A stretch of 64,000 nt of DNA, taken from the NCBI GenBank assembly GCA_036172245.1, contig JAYWIR010000010.1, positions 2,046,001-2,110,000 of the forward strand. The letters are read 5' to 3'. Positions within the stretch are counted from its first letter, which is position 1; each line of letters starts with the position of its first letter. Under the pieces are notes generated by a model. That model saw nothing but the letters and a program-made list of their open reading frames with translations. It was not told the origin of the DNA and made no database searches. Source of the stretch: Raillietiella orientalis (Eukaryota). Positions 12,000-24,177 of this stretch are shown here, one piece after another. A program made the translations under genes and the position numbers.

Positions 12000-14900
12000 C
12001 GGGATGCCAGGACTCGAGCCGCTTGAAACTCCTTACGGACAGATGGCGGAGCAACTTGATGGCGAGTAAGGAAGGGACTCGCCAGGAAGGCAGCAAATTG
12101 GACGGGATTGCGACCCGGAGCAACACCGTCCACCGAGTGTCCGGAGCCCCAGGCGCAGAAGTGAAGCGAAAGAACCCGATGCCGGAGAGATGGCAGCGGT
12201 ATGAAGTCTCTGCACCCCATCGAACGCCGGCAGCAGCCCAGCAGCAGCACCCGCTGGCCTCGCCGCTGAAAGTGGACCGCTCTTCGGCTTCACTTCGATC
12301 TGTATGTTTACAAACTCTGCTTCTGGGAAGGCACTCGGCAGAAGGCTTTGACCGAGTCACGCACCGCTGAGGCTGCGACGGACTTGCGCAGGGGGTTCCG
12401 ATACGGCGCGCACCAGGGCTGGCGCATGGTGCTGGGAAGAATGGCGCGGGAGAGCCACACGAAAGGAAAAGGGAAGCAGCCGGAGATGAATGCAACAACA
12501 GCGAAAGGGCACATGCTAGAGGCCTTCTGAAAGATCCAGAAGGATGGGGTGCCGCTCCCCTTGTTGCAGAGGGGTCCCAGGAGAGAGAACCGGCTCCTTG
12601 GGAGGCGCCGAGTGAGCGCTGGCTGGCGGCTTCGTCCGGTCAGCCGCGCGAAGAACCGGCTGACTACACGCCCAAGACCCTGGAGGCAGGCGGAAAGGCA
12701 CAGCACGCCAGTGGTGCCTCGGGCCAGAGAGGGAATCATCTCCGCTGCACCCTCCGTGCCAAGTGGACCGATCTCCAATGCAAGGGGGAGAGGGGATGGA
12801 GGAGGCACGGGGCGTCGCTGCTCAGCGGCGCCGTTCCGTACCGCCCAGGAGAAGGAAGGATGGAAGTGATCCACCACCAGGAACCACTGGATCTCTACTG
12901 GGGCTCCGAGAATTCTTGGAGCCCAAGAGGACCGTGAGACCTGTGGTCTCCCCTCCGATGGAGGGGGAAACCGGGGGGGGAAGGAATGCTGACACGAACT
13001 GCAGAGATGGACGCTAATCGGCGAGGAGACCATAGTCGTCCGGGATACCGAACGGGCAACCATCTGTCCCTCCGTTCAGATCGGACACGACGCGGTCGAG
13101 GCTGCCTAGTCAGGCAGCTCTCGGGAAGGAAACTCCCACTCGCCCCGGACGATGGCAACCGGGAGCACGGGGTGCATCGACCTTTGGAGGGCCCCCGCGT
13201 GCCCATCGAGCCCAGGGGCAGGGATCTCCGACGTGGAGCCCCCCTCCCACGGGGCCAGGCATCTGCGGCTGTCGCCGTCTGCAGAGGTGGAGCGCCACCT
13301 GAAGGAAGGGCTCGCCTCTCTCCGTTTCTCCCTTCCCCGTCTGCCCTTCAACCTCGATTTGGCAACAAGCCGTTTGCGACTGACCGTTGACCTTCCTGGA
13401 TGGGAGGACAGGACCGCTCCCTCGGAACGCGCCGCTCTTCCTTGGCATCGTTGAGTCTTCGTTCCCATGCCGAGTGTGTGTGGGGGGTGAGACAGATAGT
13501 GGGGCTGCGGTCTCCAAGGTGACCGGCATTGATTCGCGAATGTGCGCGCAGCGCCCACCCCGCCGTTGTCCCGTCCGCTCCGTGGTCCGCAGAGCGATGC
13601 GCTGAGGAGGAGCATCCGCAGCGCCATCCCTCCCGGTCGTCGCCACCACCGGGCGCCGTCTCTGGGATACACGGCTGCTTCCCGGAGACTTCCCACCTCT
13701 CCCAGAGACACCCTTCGGACGCCGCCGAGGACCTCGGGGCAGGTCCCTCCCCCATGCGGGGTCGAGCGTTGCAGGGTCCCCTCCGAGTCACTCCCGAGGG
13801 GGAGGTCCTTCCTTCCTGCTTCCCGGTTTCCTCGGGAGCATCTCGCCGCGGGGGGTGTAGGAACGCGGCACCTTCGCTCCCCACCCGGAGCGATGGCGAC
13901 GTTTCTCCTCCTCCCTTCCTGCTGAAGGCGGTTTTCGGAGAGGCGGTGCTCTGCTTTGACCTGCTCAGGGTCACCAGCGACCCCACGGAGGCACGTCGTG
14001 GGACACTTCTTCGCACCGGAGGGGCCAAGCGGGAGTCCCGCGAGTTCCCACCCTTCCCCACTCCGCCTCTGGCTCCTGCGGGATTCGACTCGTTGGTCCC
14101 CTCCTGGACACGGACACGACCCCGCCGAGGAGTCTCCCAGGGCGAAGGATGGACGGACGGGCGTGTCCTGGAGTCTCTCCTGGAGAGTCCCGGACTGCCT
14201 GGAGCGTACGGCGACGCTATAACTCGCGGTGACGGGTCCCCACCTTTCGGATACGGCGGGAAGGCTCCAGTCAGAGGACTTATCTGGAAGGGGCACGGAA
14301 ACTCCTGGCAGGGGAGAGTAACGAAGGAGGAGGGGAACCGCGGGCTCAGCCGCCCAACGCGCGCACCGTCCTGGAGAAAACAGCGCGAGTGGCGACCCTT
14401 CCGGAGGCGTCAGGGTCCGGCCCGGGGGAGGGGGGGGTGAAGATTCCTTCTCTCCCTTTCCTTTCCGGTCCCCACAGCTGAGTGAGGTCCCGGCATGCAG
14501 GGAAGGGGGAGAGCGAGGAAGATATGGGCGCAGGAAGTCCCTTCCCTCTTTCTTGATCCTGTTTACAGCTGTCCCGAAATGGAGGAGACGCGCGAGGGCC
14601 TTCTGGCCGTGAGAGAGATTGCCTGCGGGGTCTCGCCATGCATTGCCTGCAGACCATGCAGCTCCCTGCATGGTCTGCAGAGAAGTCTGGAGGGGTTCGG
14701 TCGCAACGACGCGAGGTCCTCCCAACCCCCTTCCCCCCCACCGAGCGGCTCCGCTTCTGCTCGGAGAGGCAGGCCGAGCCGCCGGAGGAGACGCTACTGC
14801 AGTGCCTCGGAAGCGCTGCGTCCGGCAGGTAAGGCTGACGATCCTCTGCCCAATACTTGACCCTCGGGATCCGGGTGCAGAGTCTCTCCTGCTGGAGTGG

Positions 14901-15800
14901 CTCGCGAGCGCCTCTCCCCCTCTTCCCCTTGGCCAAATGGCCTTTACCTTTAGGAAGGGGGGGAGCACTTCCAGGGGAGACCGCCCGAGGAGGTGAGGGT
15001 CACGCGAGCATGCCCGGACCCCCTCCACGGTACTCAGCTCCGGGGTCCCCTGCCGCGTGAGGGCGTGACCTGGGAGAAGAGACTGACTGCGACAATAGAG
15101 ACGCACGCGACCCCTCTGTCCCATCCCCTCCCCAGGTCGCGGAGGAGGGAAGCGGCCGCGACAGCTGGACTCCGGGACTCCCCGCTCCCGTGGACATCGC
15201 CGGGACGTCCCCGGAATCTTCCGCGCCCCTCCTCGAAGAGTACGGCAATGCGCGTCGCCATCCGCCTGGAGGGCGCCTCAGGAAGCTCCCGTTGCCAAGT
15301 AGCGGAGCTCCCTGCACGCCGATGGGGACGTAATGAGGATCTCCCACCTTCCAGACTTCTACCGCACCGAACAGCCGTCGGTCTCAGCTCCGGGACCTTC
15401 TCGGGAACGCCTCCCTACACTCCCGTAGACCACCACGACCCCTACCTACCGGCTCTCCGGAGGCCGTCCCGGGGAGGACGCGCTCGTCCTCCCTCCCTCC
15501 TCCGTCCCACCTCAGCTCACGAGGCCAGCGCAACATTCCCGAGGGAACGATTCTCGGCTTCCCCAGCCTTCCCGGCCCGCTGGGACAGGATGCATCCGAG
15601 TCTCCTTCCGTGGATCGAGGGACCCTCCCCGAGGGCAAGCATCTCCCATCCTGTAAGCGCCGATCCCTGGAGGCGAGGTCTTTCTCCCGCCTGCCCGGTG
15701 TCTCCCCGCAGTGGTTGCCGTCGGGAGCTTTGGGTGGGGACGGCAATCCAGGGCGACTTTCCCTCCTTCCCGGTGAAACCTCTGGAGTAGAGGCGCTTCC
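12000..15800 (+). mobile_element. Highly decayed GC-rich LINE ORF2 remnant
   Basis: AGFDSLV (KAFD-like, about 14080) and RRWGRNEDLP (knuckle-like, about 15320) in the expected order. GC-rich block with sharp edges against AT-rich flanks. Confidence 0.4.
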
Positions 15801-16029
15801 TTTGCGGCCTGGCAGAATGCCTCCGGTGCCATTCAAAATCCCGAACAATCGCGAGAGATCCACGCGTCTGCACAGGTTCCTACGCGGATTCATTCTTTAA
15901 TATGCTTAGTTATTCATGTTTATTAACGCACATATTACAAGCAGCAATATTAATGAAACGGATACATTTACGAAGATTCAATGACATACATCTTTTCCAT
16001 ATAATCAACGAGGTGTTGTGTCTTGCATT

Positions 16030-16640
16030 TATTAATGAGAGCGTGGCTGGACCTGTGGTCCAAACACGCCCATTTCAACGGGAGCCTGCCGGGATGCTGG
16101 TACGCTGACCGGTAAGGTTCGCCTCGGCCGCGAAGGGGGGGGAGCACAAAAAAAAAAGAAGCAAACTTGGGGGGGAGGGACGGGATGACGTCCTGCTGTG
16201 GCAGTCCTCTGCATCCTTACGATGATGCCGGAAAGCTCTTACTGCATGCTGCTCTCCAGGTGGGGACACCTTGTTGCCATCCTCAGGAAACGGACGGCGA
16301 AGAGGATGTAGTCGTTCTGTCCTCCCCTTGCGCATCGCTCCAGGACGCCACAATCCCGCGTAGGCAGTAGGGAGTCTCCAGCGAGGCTACAGACCGGAAG
16401 GCGCCGCGTGCGCGGGAGGGTCTCCATGCGTCCCTGGAGTCGCCGCCGGGAATTCCTGGGGTCGCGGCTAAGCGCTTCAACAGGGGTCGGAGGGCAACGC
16501 AGTTCACGAGCAGGCGAGGGAGAGATTCGCTCTCCCCGCACCCGGCACAGTTCAGGTCCAAACACCCCCGGGTCCAGTGATGCCTGCAGGCGTTGCACGG
16601 GCAGCAGCATCAACGCAGCCTACCGCCACTTTGAGGGGAG
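16030..16640 (-). mobile_element. LINE subfamily B, 5'-truncated copy
   Basis: NCAGCGESESLPRLLVNCVALR knuckle, YCLRGIVASWSDAQG, and a 3' UTR similar to 52650-53110 and 20179-20950. Confidence 0.8.
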
Positions 16641-16661
16641 GGTATGGGTACCAAAGAGGTG

Positions 16662-17610
16662 CCCGGAGGCGCTCCCGGCATGAGCCGACCACCACTCGGT
16701 AGTTCGGGTGTTCCCGGAAGGCGCGAAGGAAATGCTTCCCGGGACGTCTCCTGCAGGACCACATCGCGTGAGCCGGACTCCTCTCAGGACGAGGTGTCGG
16801 GCGCTCAAGGGACGCTCATGGTTTGATGGCGCACGCGCCGCGACTGCTCTTCTCCGCGCGCCTGCCGTCCTGCGCAGCGGGCAACGTCTCCACGCGACGG
16901 GGCAGGCTGTACCGCGAGAAGAACCACGCACGAGCTGCACGAGTTCTCGCCTCGCCTCCCACAGCGCTCTCAAGGTGGTGGCGATGGATAGTAGCAGCCT
17001 TCCATCGCCCGGGCGACTGGGTCGCAGACCGCAGCTGCGGCACCGATGCCCGGAGTACGTGACGAGCGCAAGCCCGGAGCGGATGCTCCCCGTGCCTCCT
17101 GCCCCACGGATGAGGATGAGGAACCGGGATCTGCTCGTCCCCCACGCCCTCCTTCGGCTTCCCCACGGGAAAGAGACGCCCGGAAAGTCCGACAGGACGG
17201 GGTGGAATCTCGGCGCGGGAAAAGTCGGGGTAGTCTCGAGAAGAATGCGGACCAGGGCAGGATGGGGTTGACCCACCCTTTTGTCCCTTCGTCCACGGTC
17301 CTATCCGTCAGTCCTCTCGTTCGGAGATCGCAGCCGTCAGCCGGGAAAGGCCACACCTCGAGCTGGGGCGCCGCTCCCGCGCGGCAGGACGGCAGGGAAC
17401 ATCCTGTTCGCGGTGCGGTGCGAGGCGCGGGTCAGGGACACACCGGAGGTGCCCGCTGGTCGAGGATGCCGTGTGCATGTCCTCCTTTCAAGGGTCGAAG
17501 CTGACTCCGGGGCTGGCGGGGCAGGGGATGGAGTGCCTTCTCTCCTGTTGTGACTTGCTCGATTCCGGGGAATTTGGGTGATCGGGTCATAGCCGGGCCC
17601 CACGATCCCA
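16662..17610 (+). repeat. Inverted near-identical copy of 7317-8270
   Basis: Matching translations such as MFPE(G/D)AKEMLPGTSPAGP and MPGVRDERKPGADAPRASCPTDEDEEPGSARPPRPPSAS on opposite strands. Confidence 0.95.
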
Positions 17611-17619
17611 GTGTGGCTA

Positions 17620-19500
17620 GAGAGGAGGGAGCCGAGCCGGTCGATCGCGCGCCTACGGAGCCCATCAGCCGATGGGAGGCAGCCCGGCGGCCACCACACT
17701 CGGCGGACCCGTGGGGCCCCTTCTGAAGAGGGACTGACGTCCCAAGAGGTTGCTCTTGGGTCCCGGCGGGTCTGTGATGGACTGCAACTTCTCCCTGCAG
17801 GCGCCGCCGCGGCCGCGGCCGGGAGGAGATGAGAGAAGGCACTCTGTCGAGGCGGCGGTTTGTCCGGATCGGGGAAATCTACCACGCACATTCCGCTGGA
17901 CCGCGTGCTGCTCCTCTCTTTTCCCTTCGCGGGCGAGGGGAACACCATTTCACCTCGCGGCGCACCTTCGTCTGGGGCGGGAGTTCGCCTCCGTCCCGTG
18001 CGCTTCTGTCCTGGAGACGGTACCAAAGCAGAGCCGCACCGGCAGCTGCCAGTGGGGCCGACCGCGTTCCGGACCCGGATCCGTGCTGCGCAGTGCGGGC
18101 GGGGGGGGGGGGGAGGAGGCGGCCCCGCGCGTCCTCAGCAGCGAAGGAGGGTGTGCGAGAACTAGGAACCAGGAGCGCTTCCCTCTCCTTCGTCACCCTT
18201 CTTTGTTTACCCTCCACTCCACCCTCGCCATTCTTGAACCCATCCCTGACCATCCTCTCGGAGGTCGAGACTCACCCTCCCTCCTTGACCTCTGGGGTTA
18301 GCCGCAGGCTGCCAGTGAGGAGGAAACCGGGTCAGACCGATGGGGTGGGCGGATTTTGGAGCACTCCCGATGCCACTCGAACGGATGGCTCCCCGCAATG
18401 GGTGCGTTCCTTGGGGATCCTCCTCGTTTCGGGAGAGGCGGACCCAGCGTGCTACGCGCGAGATGGCGGCGTTGAGTCGGGGGACAGAGAAGTCCCGGAC
18501 GGGAGCGCTGCCGGGAGCCTCCGTCTCGTGGTCCAGAGCCACCATCCATCCCCTTTTCTCTCCGGATCCTCCGGCTGCATCTGGCTTGCGGAAGGATGGG
18601 CAGGGATCCGAAGCTGCTCCTTCTCCTTCCTCCTCTCTCGAGCGCGCACGCACGATGCCCCTGACACCCTCGGGGAAAAAAAGGGATCGGTCTGGACGCC
18701 CTAACCCCTTTTTCCGCGACTCCTCCTCTTCCTTCTGGGACCCTTCCCTTATCCTCCCTCTCCTGGCGCCAGCAGGGCCTTTGCTGGGAGGGGAATCCCG
18801 GAAAGGCGGGAACCTGCCTCTCCGGGGACGTCTGGCCGGGCTGCGCGCTCACCCGGAGCGCATTGATTGCTTTCCTCAGGGATGCGCGTCCTCCCGAACG
18901 CGAGGACGCGGGACCCCGACGCGCCCTTGGTCTCGCACGGCTGCACCGCGAAGGAGGCAGCCGTTCCGTGCCGGGGCGCCCCGCCCACCTGTGGGAACAG
19001 CGAGAGTTCCGCGTGCCGTTCCCGGAGGCTACCAGATCCCTCGATAGGGCCGCAGCAGTGGGCAAGAGTTCCGAGAAGAGACTTTTCGGGTTTTCCGAGC
19101 AGGAGGCTCGCCTGCGGAAGGTCAGGAAACGCCCAGCGCGTCACCGTCTTCCGCAGGCAGGCAGAGATGGGCGCGGCCGGGGGCCGTCTCGCTCGCCGCA
19201 GAGGAGCGCGCCGACGGGGCTCGCAGGCGGCCGGAGGACTACCGCTGCGGCACGCGGCAGAGGACAGGGAGGCGTCGTACCTTCGCGACTGCGACCCCCC
19301 TCCTCGCGGCACCGCCGCGAAGTTTTCGAGTCTTCTTCGACCTGCCATCTCCACAGAGGCCGCTTCCGGTCTTCGCGTTAGCCGGCAGCGGGAGGAAGAT
19401 GGACGTGAGACGCTGCTGCGACCCGTCGTTTTCCTCCAGGAGTCAGCAAAGACCTACGGGAAGCGCTTCCACGAAGTCATCAGGTACTCTTCGCCTAAGG
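17620..19500 (-). mobile_element. Decayed LINE RT remnant
   Basis: AHPIGLT (RPISL-like, about 18340), then RRLDRVPS (AFDRV-like, about 17850), on the minus strand. Confidence 0.4.
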
Positions 19501-19539
19501 GCCAGAGAGGAATGAGGGAAACGAGACAACCCGTGCGCG

Positions 19540-21670
19540 TGTGTTGAATTCTTTTTCCGATTTGCAGAGATACTTGCCAGCGGGACTTGGTCTCCATGTC
19601 AGAGAAAGGTGCTCGGTGAGCGAGGTGGTGGGCGCTGGACTCTTTTCTGGGAAGGAGAGTCCTTCGTCCGGGAAGGCGACAGAGCTGTTCCTGTCGTGTG
19701 GGACCCTCTACGCCTCTTTTCATACCGACCCTTTTTTTTTGATCCGTTTTGAGGAGGCCACGCGTCCTCTTCGGCGCTCGCACTGCCCTTCAAAGCTCGA
19801 AGAGGAGGCGCTCACCTCCGGATTCACGTCTTCCACGTCTGGAATCTCCGTTCCCTCTCTCGGTTCCCTGTCGGAAGACGGTCGGCCTTTGCTATCGCTC
19901 CCGGGAAGCCTCAGAGAGAGGAACCGTGACCGCTGCAGAATCTCCTACGCGAGCCGCTGGGAGAAATCCTGCAGGATTGGACGCAGTGGTCCCGGGACTC
20001 GCCCCTTGCCCCTTCCCGCGGCACAGTCTGCCCTCAGGGCAAGCGATGACGGCAGCCGATCGGTGGGATGGGAGTTCTGCAAACTGGCAGGAGTCGAGAA
20101 ACGCCTGGACGGCTGCAAGACGCCATCACTCCTCGTTTCCCGGCAAAGGGACTCCTTCGGTGGAGTGACCTGCTTGGTTTATCATCCGGTCACTCTGGGA
20201 CGTTTATTATAAAAAACAAACAATTTATTATAGTGTAGGGCCATCGACCCTACCTTCCCGAGAATATTCAGAACCTGCGAGTAACCAGCAAACAGGCAGG
20301 CGAGGTTGACCTCGACAGTGGAGGGGGGAGGGGGCAAACAAAAATAGAAATAAAATAAAAATCAATAATAAAAAAAAAACTCTGGGGGACACGGGAGGGG
20401 ATCATTGTCCGCTGGAGGGCGTCCTCTGCATTCTTTCCAGGGTGCCGATAAGTTCCATCCGAGTATGCCCCAGGTGGCACCATCTTACTGCCGTCCTCAG
20501 GAAGCGCAGAACGAAGCAGATGGCGTCCCCATCGTACCGTCCTCCTTTCGCGTGGCTCATGCCATCACAATCTCACGTAGGCAGCAAAGAGCTGCTGGGG
20601 ATGCGGCAGGCGAAAGGGCATCGCGCACGAAGAGGTGCTTCAATACGTCTCTGGGATTGTCCCCTTTGATGGTCCAAGGGCTGTTGCTTAACGCAACCAC
20701 AGGGACCTGAGGGCAACACAGTCTACAGACAGGTGCGGGATGGATTCTCGCTCCCTGCACCTGCAGCAGTTGGGGTCTACAGTCTCCTGGTTCCCGTGAG
20801 ACCGGCGAGCGTTGCACGGGAGATCCCAGTGCAACAGCTGAAGTGCTGACTGCTGCCACTTCAGGGCGAGGGCCCGGTTGTTCTTCAGCTCTGGAGGCCA
20901 CTCGAAGTCTCCCTGTGGGATTCCTAGCAGTTCACCCTAACTCAATAGTCCTTGGTGTACACCCCGAAGAACTCGCGATGCCTCCCCTGTGTGTGGACAT
21001 CTCCGTGTTCCCGCTCCGGTGGAAACGGGACGTTCTGCTGTTTCTGGACTGGGAATTCCAGTGCAATCAGCGCAGTTTCGGAGGAGTTGTTGCCTTCCCA
21101 AACAGGCTTAGGTTCGGGGAGACGGAATAGCTCCCGCACCTCCTGTTGAACTGCAGTGCTCTGGGGGACTTGGGGCGGAGTCGCTTCGGGGCTCTGTCAA
21201 CCTCACGACACCTCTTTGACTTGCTGCGAGGCTTCTTCACCGGAGGCGGTCTGAAGAAAGGCGTTGAGATCGCAATAATCTGCTGCACCCGCGCCATGGT
21301 GCCAGCTCGCCACGTGTTGGAGTCAGGTTCGCGGCGAATAGAGGCCACCAGCATGGCAGCAACCCTTATGAGGGCATCTGCAAAGTGGGCTCACCTGCCA
21401 GAAGTCGCCAGGGAGATCGCCACTGTCCAGAGTTGCTTCTGGAAGGAAAGAAGCGAATAAAACCAATGACCCTTGGCACCACCTTCACGTCTTTTTTTAT
21501 TCATTTATTGTCCTTTCCCTCCGAGCCGGCCTGCGTGCCGGTTGTCATCCCGAGCAAAGTGTTTTTTCTTTTTCTTTTGGTATTTCTCGTTTTTAGGGGT
21601 ACTCTCCTTCCCCTCTTCCTTGTAGTTCGTTTGTTTGTTTTCAAAAGGAACGTCCTGACGTGACCGGGGA
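19540..21670 (+). mobile_element. LINE subfamily A, 3' part, split by the insertion at 20179-20950
   Basis: 19910-20060 aligns to 23310-23460. GLLRWSDLLG | VHPEEL is interrupted by the insertion. ETE*LPHLLLNCSAL and IICCTRAMVPARHVLESGS...KERSE* (stop 21460). Terminal CGTCCTGACGTGACCGGGG at 21651-21669. Left boundary approximate. Confidence 0.8.
20179..20950 (-). mobile_element. LINE subfamily B, 5'-truncated copy with 6-bp TSD CTTGGT
   Basis: CCRCRERESIPHLSVDC knuckle (20718-20768), AALCCLREIVMA, and AATAAACGTCCCAGAGTGACCGGA end (20185-20208). CTTGGT at 20173-20178 and 20951-20956. Confidence 0.88.
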
Positions 21671-21699
21671 AGATCCGGCAAGCAGCTCCCGGCTACGGA

Positions 21700-22500
21700 G
21701 AGAGCGCCCGCCCTGTGTCTTCTCCTAGGTAGAAGAAGCTTCTTCGCTGAGTGCGGCGAAGACTACCAGGGGTGCCCGCGACCTCCTTGAAGCGACCCGA
21801 CAGTTCGAGACGGCCTTCCGCTTCCAGAGCCGATCCCCATCGGAGCAGACGAGGACGGAGGAGAAGGGGTTTTTCCGAGGATTCTACAGAAGATGAGTCG
21901 AGGGTGAGTCGGCGGTTTCGCTCCGGCAGCTCCTGGCTCAGCTTGCCGAGCTTTGCGGCAGACCGAGTGCAAGCCGGAGGACAACCCTGGAGGGCGAGCG
22001 CGAATTCCCTCTTTCGCGCTTCGTTCCAGATTCTCGTCTCCAGCTCCCACGGTCCCGAAATCACCACACTGGGAACCTGCCGACGCGCACGCGTCCACTG
22101 CTGATTTCGGGACCGCTCCAGGAACGACGTTCGCGGGAGTCGAGCTTTTAACAAGACGGGCAGCGGCGCCACGCCCGGAGAGTACCGTCGCTGTCGCCCG
22201 CCTGCCCTCGTGAGGTGCGTCGGTCTTTTCCCGTGCGTCAGCGTGCTCGCTTCTTCCCACACGCGTTGCGCGTCCCTCCCTCCCCGTCCTTCCGCCGGAG
22301 TGAACGTGGCTCGCGCGCGCGGGATTCGCCCCGTCCGTGGCCATCTCCCGCGTGCTACAGAAACGGCCCTTCTCGGCCGTCTCTTCCCGGGAGCGTGCAG
22401 CGCCTCGCAATTCTCGGAGCCTTCCATCATCCCGTTTCTCCGGGAACTCCCTCCACGTGTGCACGCCTATCCGTTATCGGCAGGGAAAATTGGAAATCGC
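21700..22500 (-). mobile_element. Decayed LINE endonuclease-RT linker remnant
   Basis: DAQRVWEEASTLTHG and PWELETRIWNEARKREFAL resemble the APE C-terminus and the following WE..K..I helix. Confidence 0.3.
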
Positions 22501-22978
22501 CCTGTCCGAGAAGGCGGACCCAGCCAGCTGAATAACAAGCGCCGCGTTGTGAAACAGCGCCAGCCGTCCCTCCGCTGAAGAGGACGACGACGCTCTCGGA
22601 CACGTCGCGCGTTGGGAAAAAGTCTCGTCGGGGGAGGGGGGGGGGGGTAGAAGAGAACGCGAAAATGCTCCGGTTCTATTATTAGGCAGAAGCGCGCACG
22701 TGGTCTGAATTGGGAGGCGAGGGCTGGGTTTTGCCTCTGCGCGCCGGAAAGCTCAGCTGGGCAAAGACGGCCGAACCTTCCAGATTTCTACGAAAGTCTG
22801 CTGCTAAGCCATGCACTTGTCGACGGACGCATGATGTGCACGCAGCTGCCGGGTTTCCATGACAACGCAGGGGGTAGGGAAAAAAAGAAAGATCCCCTCC
22901 TGCCTTGTGAGGTCGCGATGGGGTCCGAGGAAACTGCTTTCGGCATGGTGGTGCCTTGGCATGTGGAACCTCCCATCT

Positions 22979-24177
22979 CACCAGTCCAGCCTGAAAGATT
23001 TGGTGGCGCCGCGCCAGCATGCCGGCTCAGGCATCCCGACCATCCACAAAGCCGGACTGTGAGCGTCTTTTGGCGCTCTGCACCACACCCTGCTTGGTGC
23101 GTTCCAGCACCCACCTCCACCCTCCGGAGAGGCGAAGGACTTCTCGAGTTGCTGCCGCGCACCCGTCATAGGATGAGTGGACTTGGGTACCCCCCGAGAT
23201 ATCTGTACTCACTGCCGGAATCCAGCCCTTGGATATTCTGCCGCCCCAAAAACTGGGATGCTTGGCGGCAGGAGGCGATGGACTCCTGGGTGGCCACTTT
23301 GGAAGTGCTCTCAGAGGAACTTCGCCCGTTGTGGAATCTCCAACGCGAACCCCTAGGAGAAATCCTGCAGGACTGGGCGCAGTGGTCCCGGATAACTGTC
23401 TCTCCCCTTCCCGCAGCGCTGTCTGTCCTTGGGGCAAGCGAGGATAGCAGCCGGCCGGCGGGGGCGGGAGTCGCCCTGCAGAGTTGCAGGAGTCGACGGC
23501 TGCAGGACGAGCAGGAGCGGGCCACCACTACTAGTTCCCAGGCCAAGGGACTCCTTCGGCGGGGTGACATGCTCGGTGGAAAGGAACTGACGCCGAGACA
23601 CTACGGTGCTCCCGTCGTCATGGAAACGAAACTTTCTGCTGCATCTGCGCTGGGGATTCCGGCGCAACCAGCGTAGACACCCGACTCCTCGAACTGTTCC
23701 AGGTGCGGGGCTATCGAACCTTGATGGACAGCTGCGCCATCCGGAGGGCACGACCAAGGACTCGCTGCGGCGCTGCTTCTTCACGGGAGGCGGGCTGACG
23801 CCGTGATCGCGCCAACCCGTTTGTCGCCTCTGCGCCGTGGTCAATAGCCTGACATGCGCCGGGGTCTCGTTAGCAGCGAAGGGAGGTCACCCACGTGACA
23901 GCCGCCTCTATAAGGACTCGTTCCGAGGCGGCCTCACCGCAGGAAGAAGACTTCAGGGAGACCGCCAGCATTCAGCGCCAGCTGTAGGAGGAAAGGAGCG
24001 GCTGAAACCAAAGTCCCTACCTTCAAGTCTTTTTATTGTCCCCTCCCTACTTCCCGATCCCGACTCCCTTAGAAGCCGACCTGCGGAGCGGGTGGTCATC
24101 CCCGTGAACTTCTTTTTCTTTTGACTTGCAGTTTATTTGTTTTTGAGTGGACGTCCCGGCGTGACCGGGAGCAAAAA
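22979..24177 (+). mobile_element. LINE subfamily A, 5'-truncated copy
   Basis: LKDLVAPRQHAGSGIPTI (resembles the post-RT P...GGLG.P motif), KGLLRRGDMLG, NCSRCGAIE, LRRCFFTGGGL. Perfect terminal hairpin at 24154-24170. Possible TSD CCCATCT at 22972-22978 and 24178-24184. Confidence 0.75.

Noticed and set aside
13106..15124. 672-aa ORF on the minus strand
   Set aside because: R/P/G/S-rich with no domain; a shadow frame of GC-rich decayed LINE sequence whose motifs are on the + strand.
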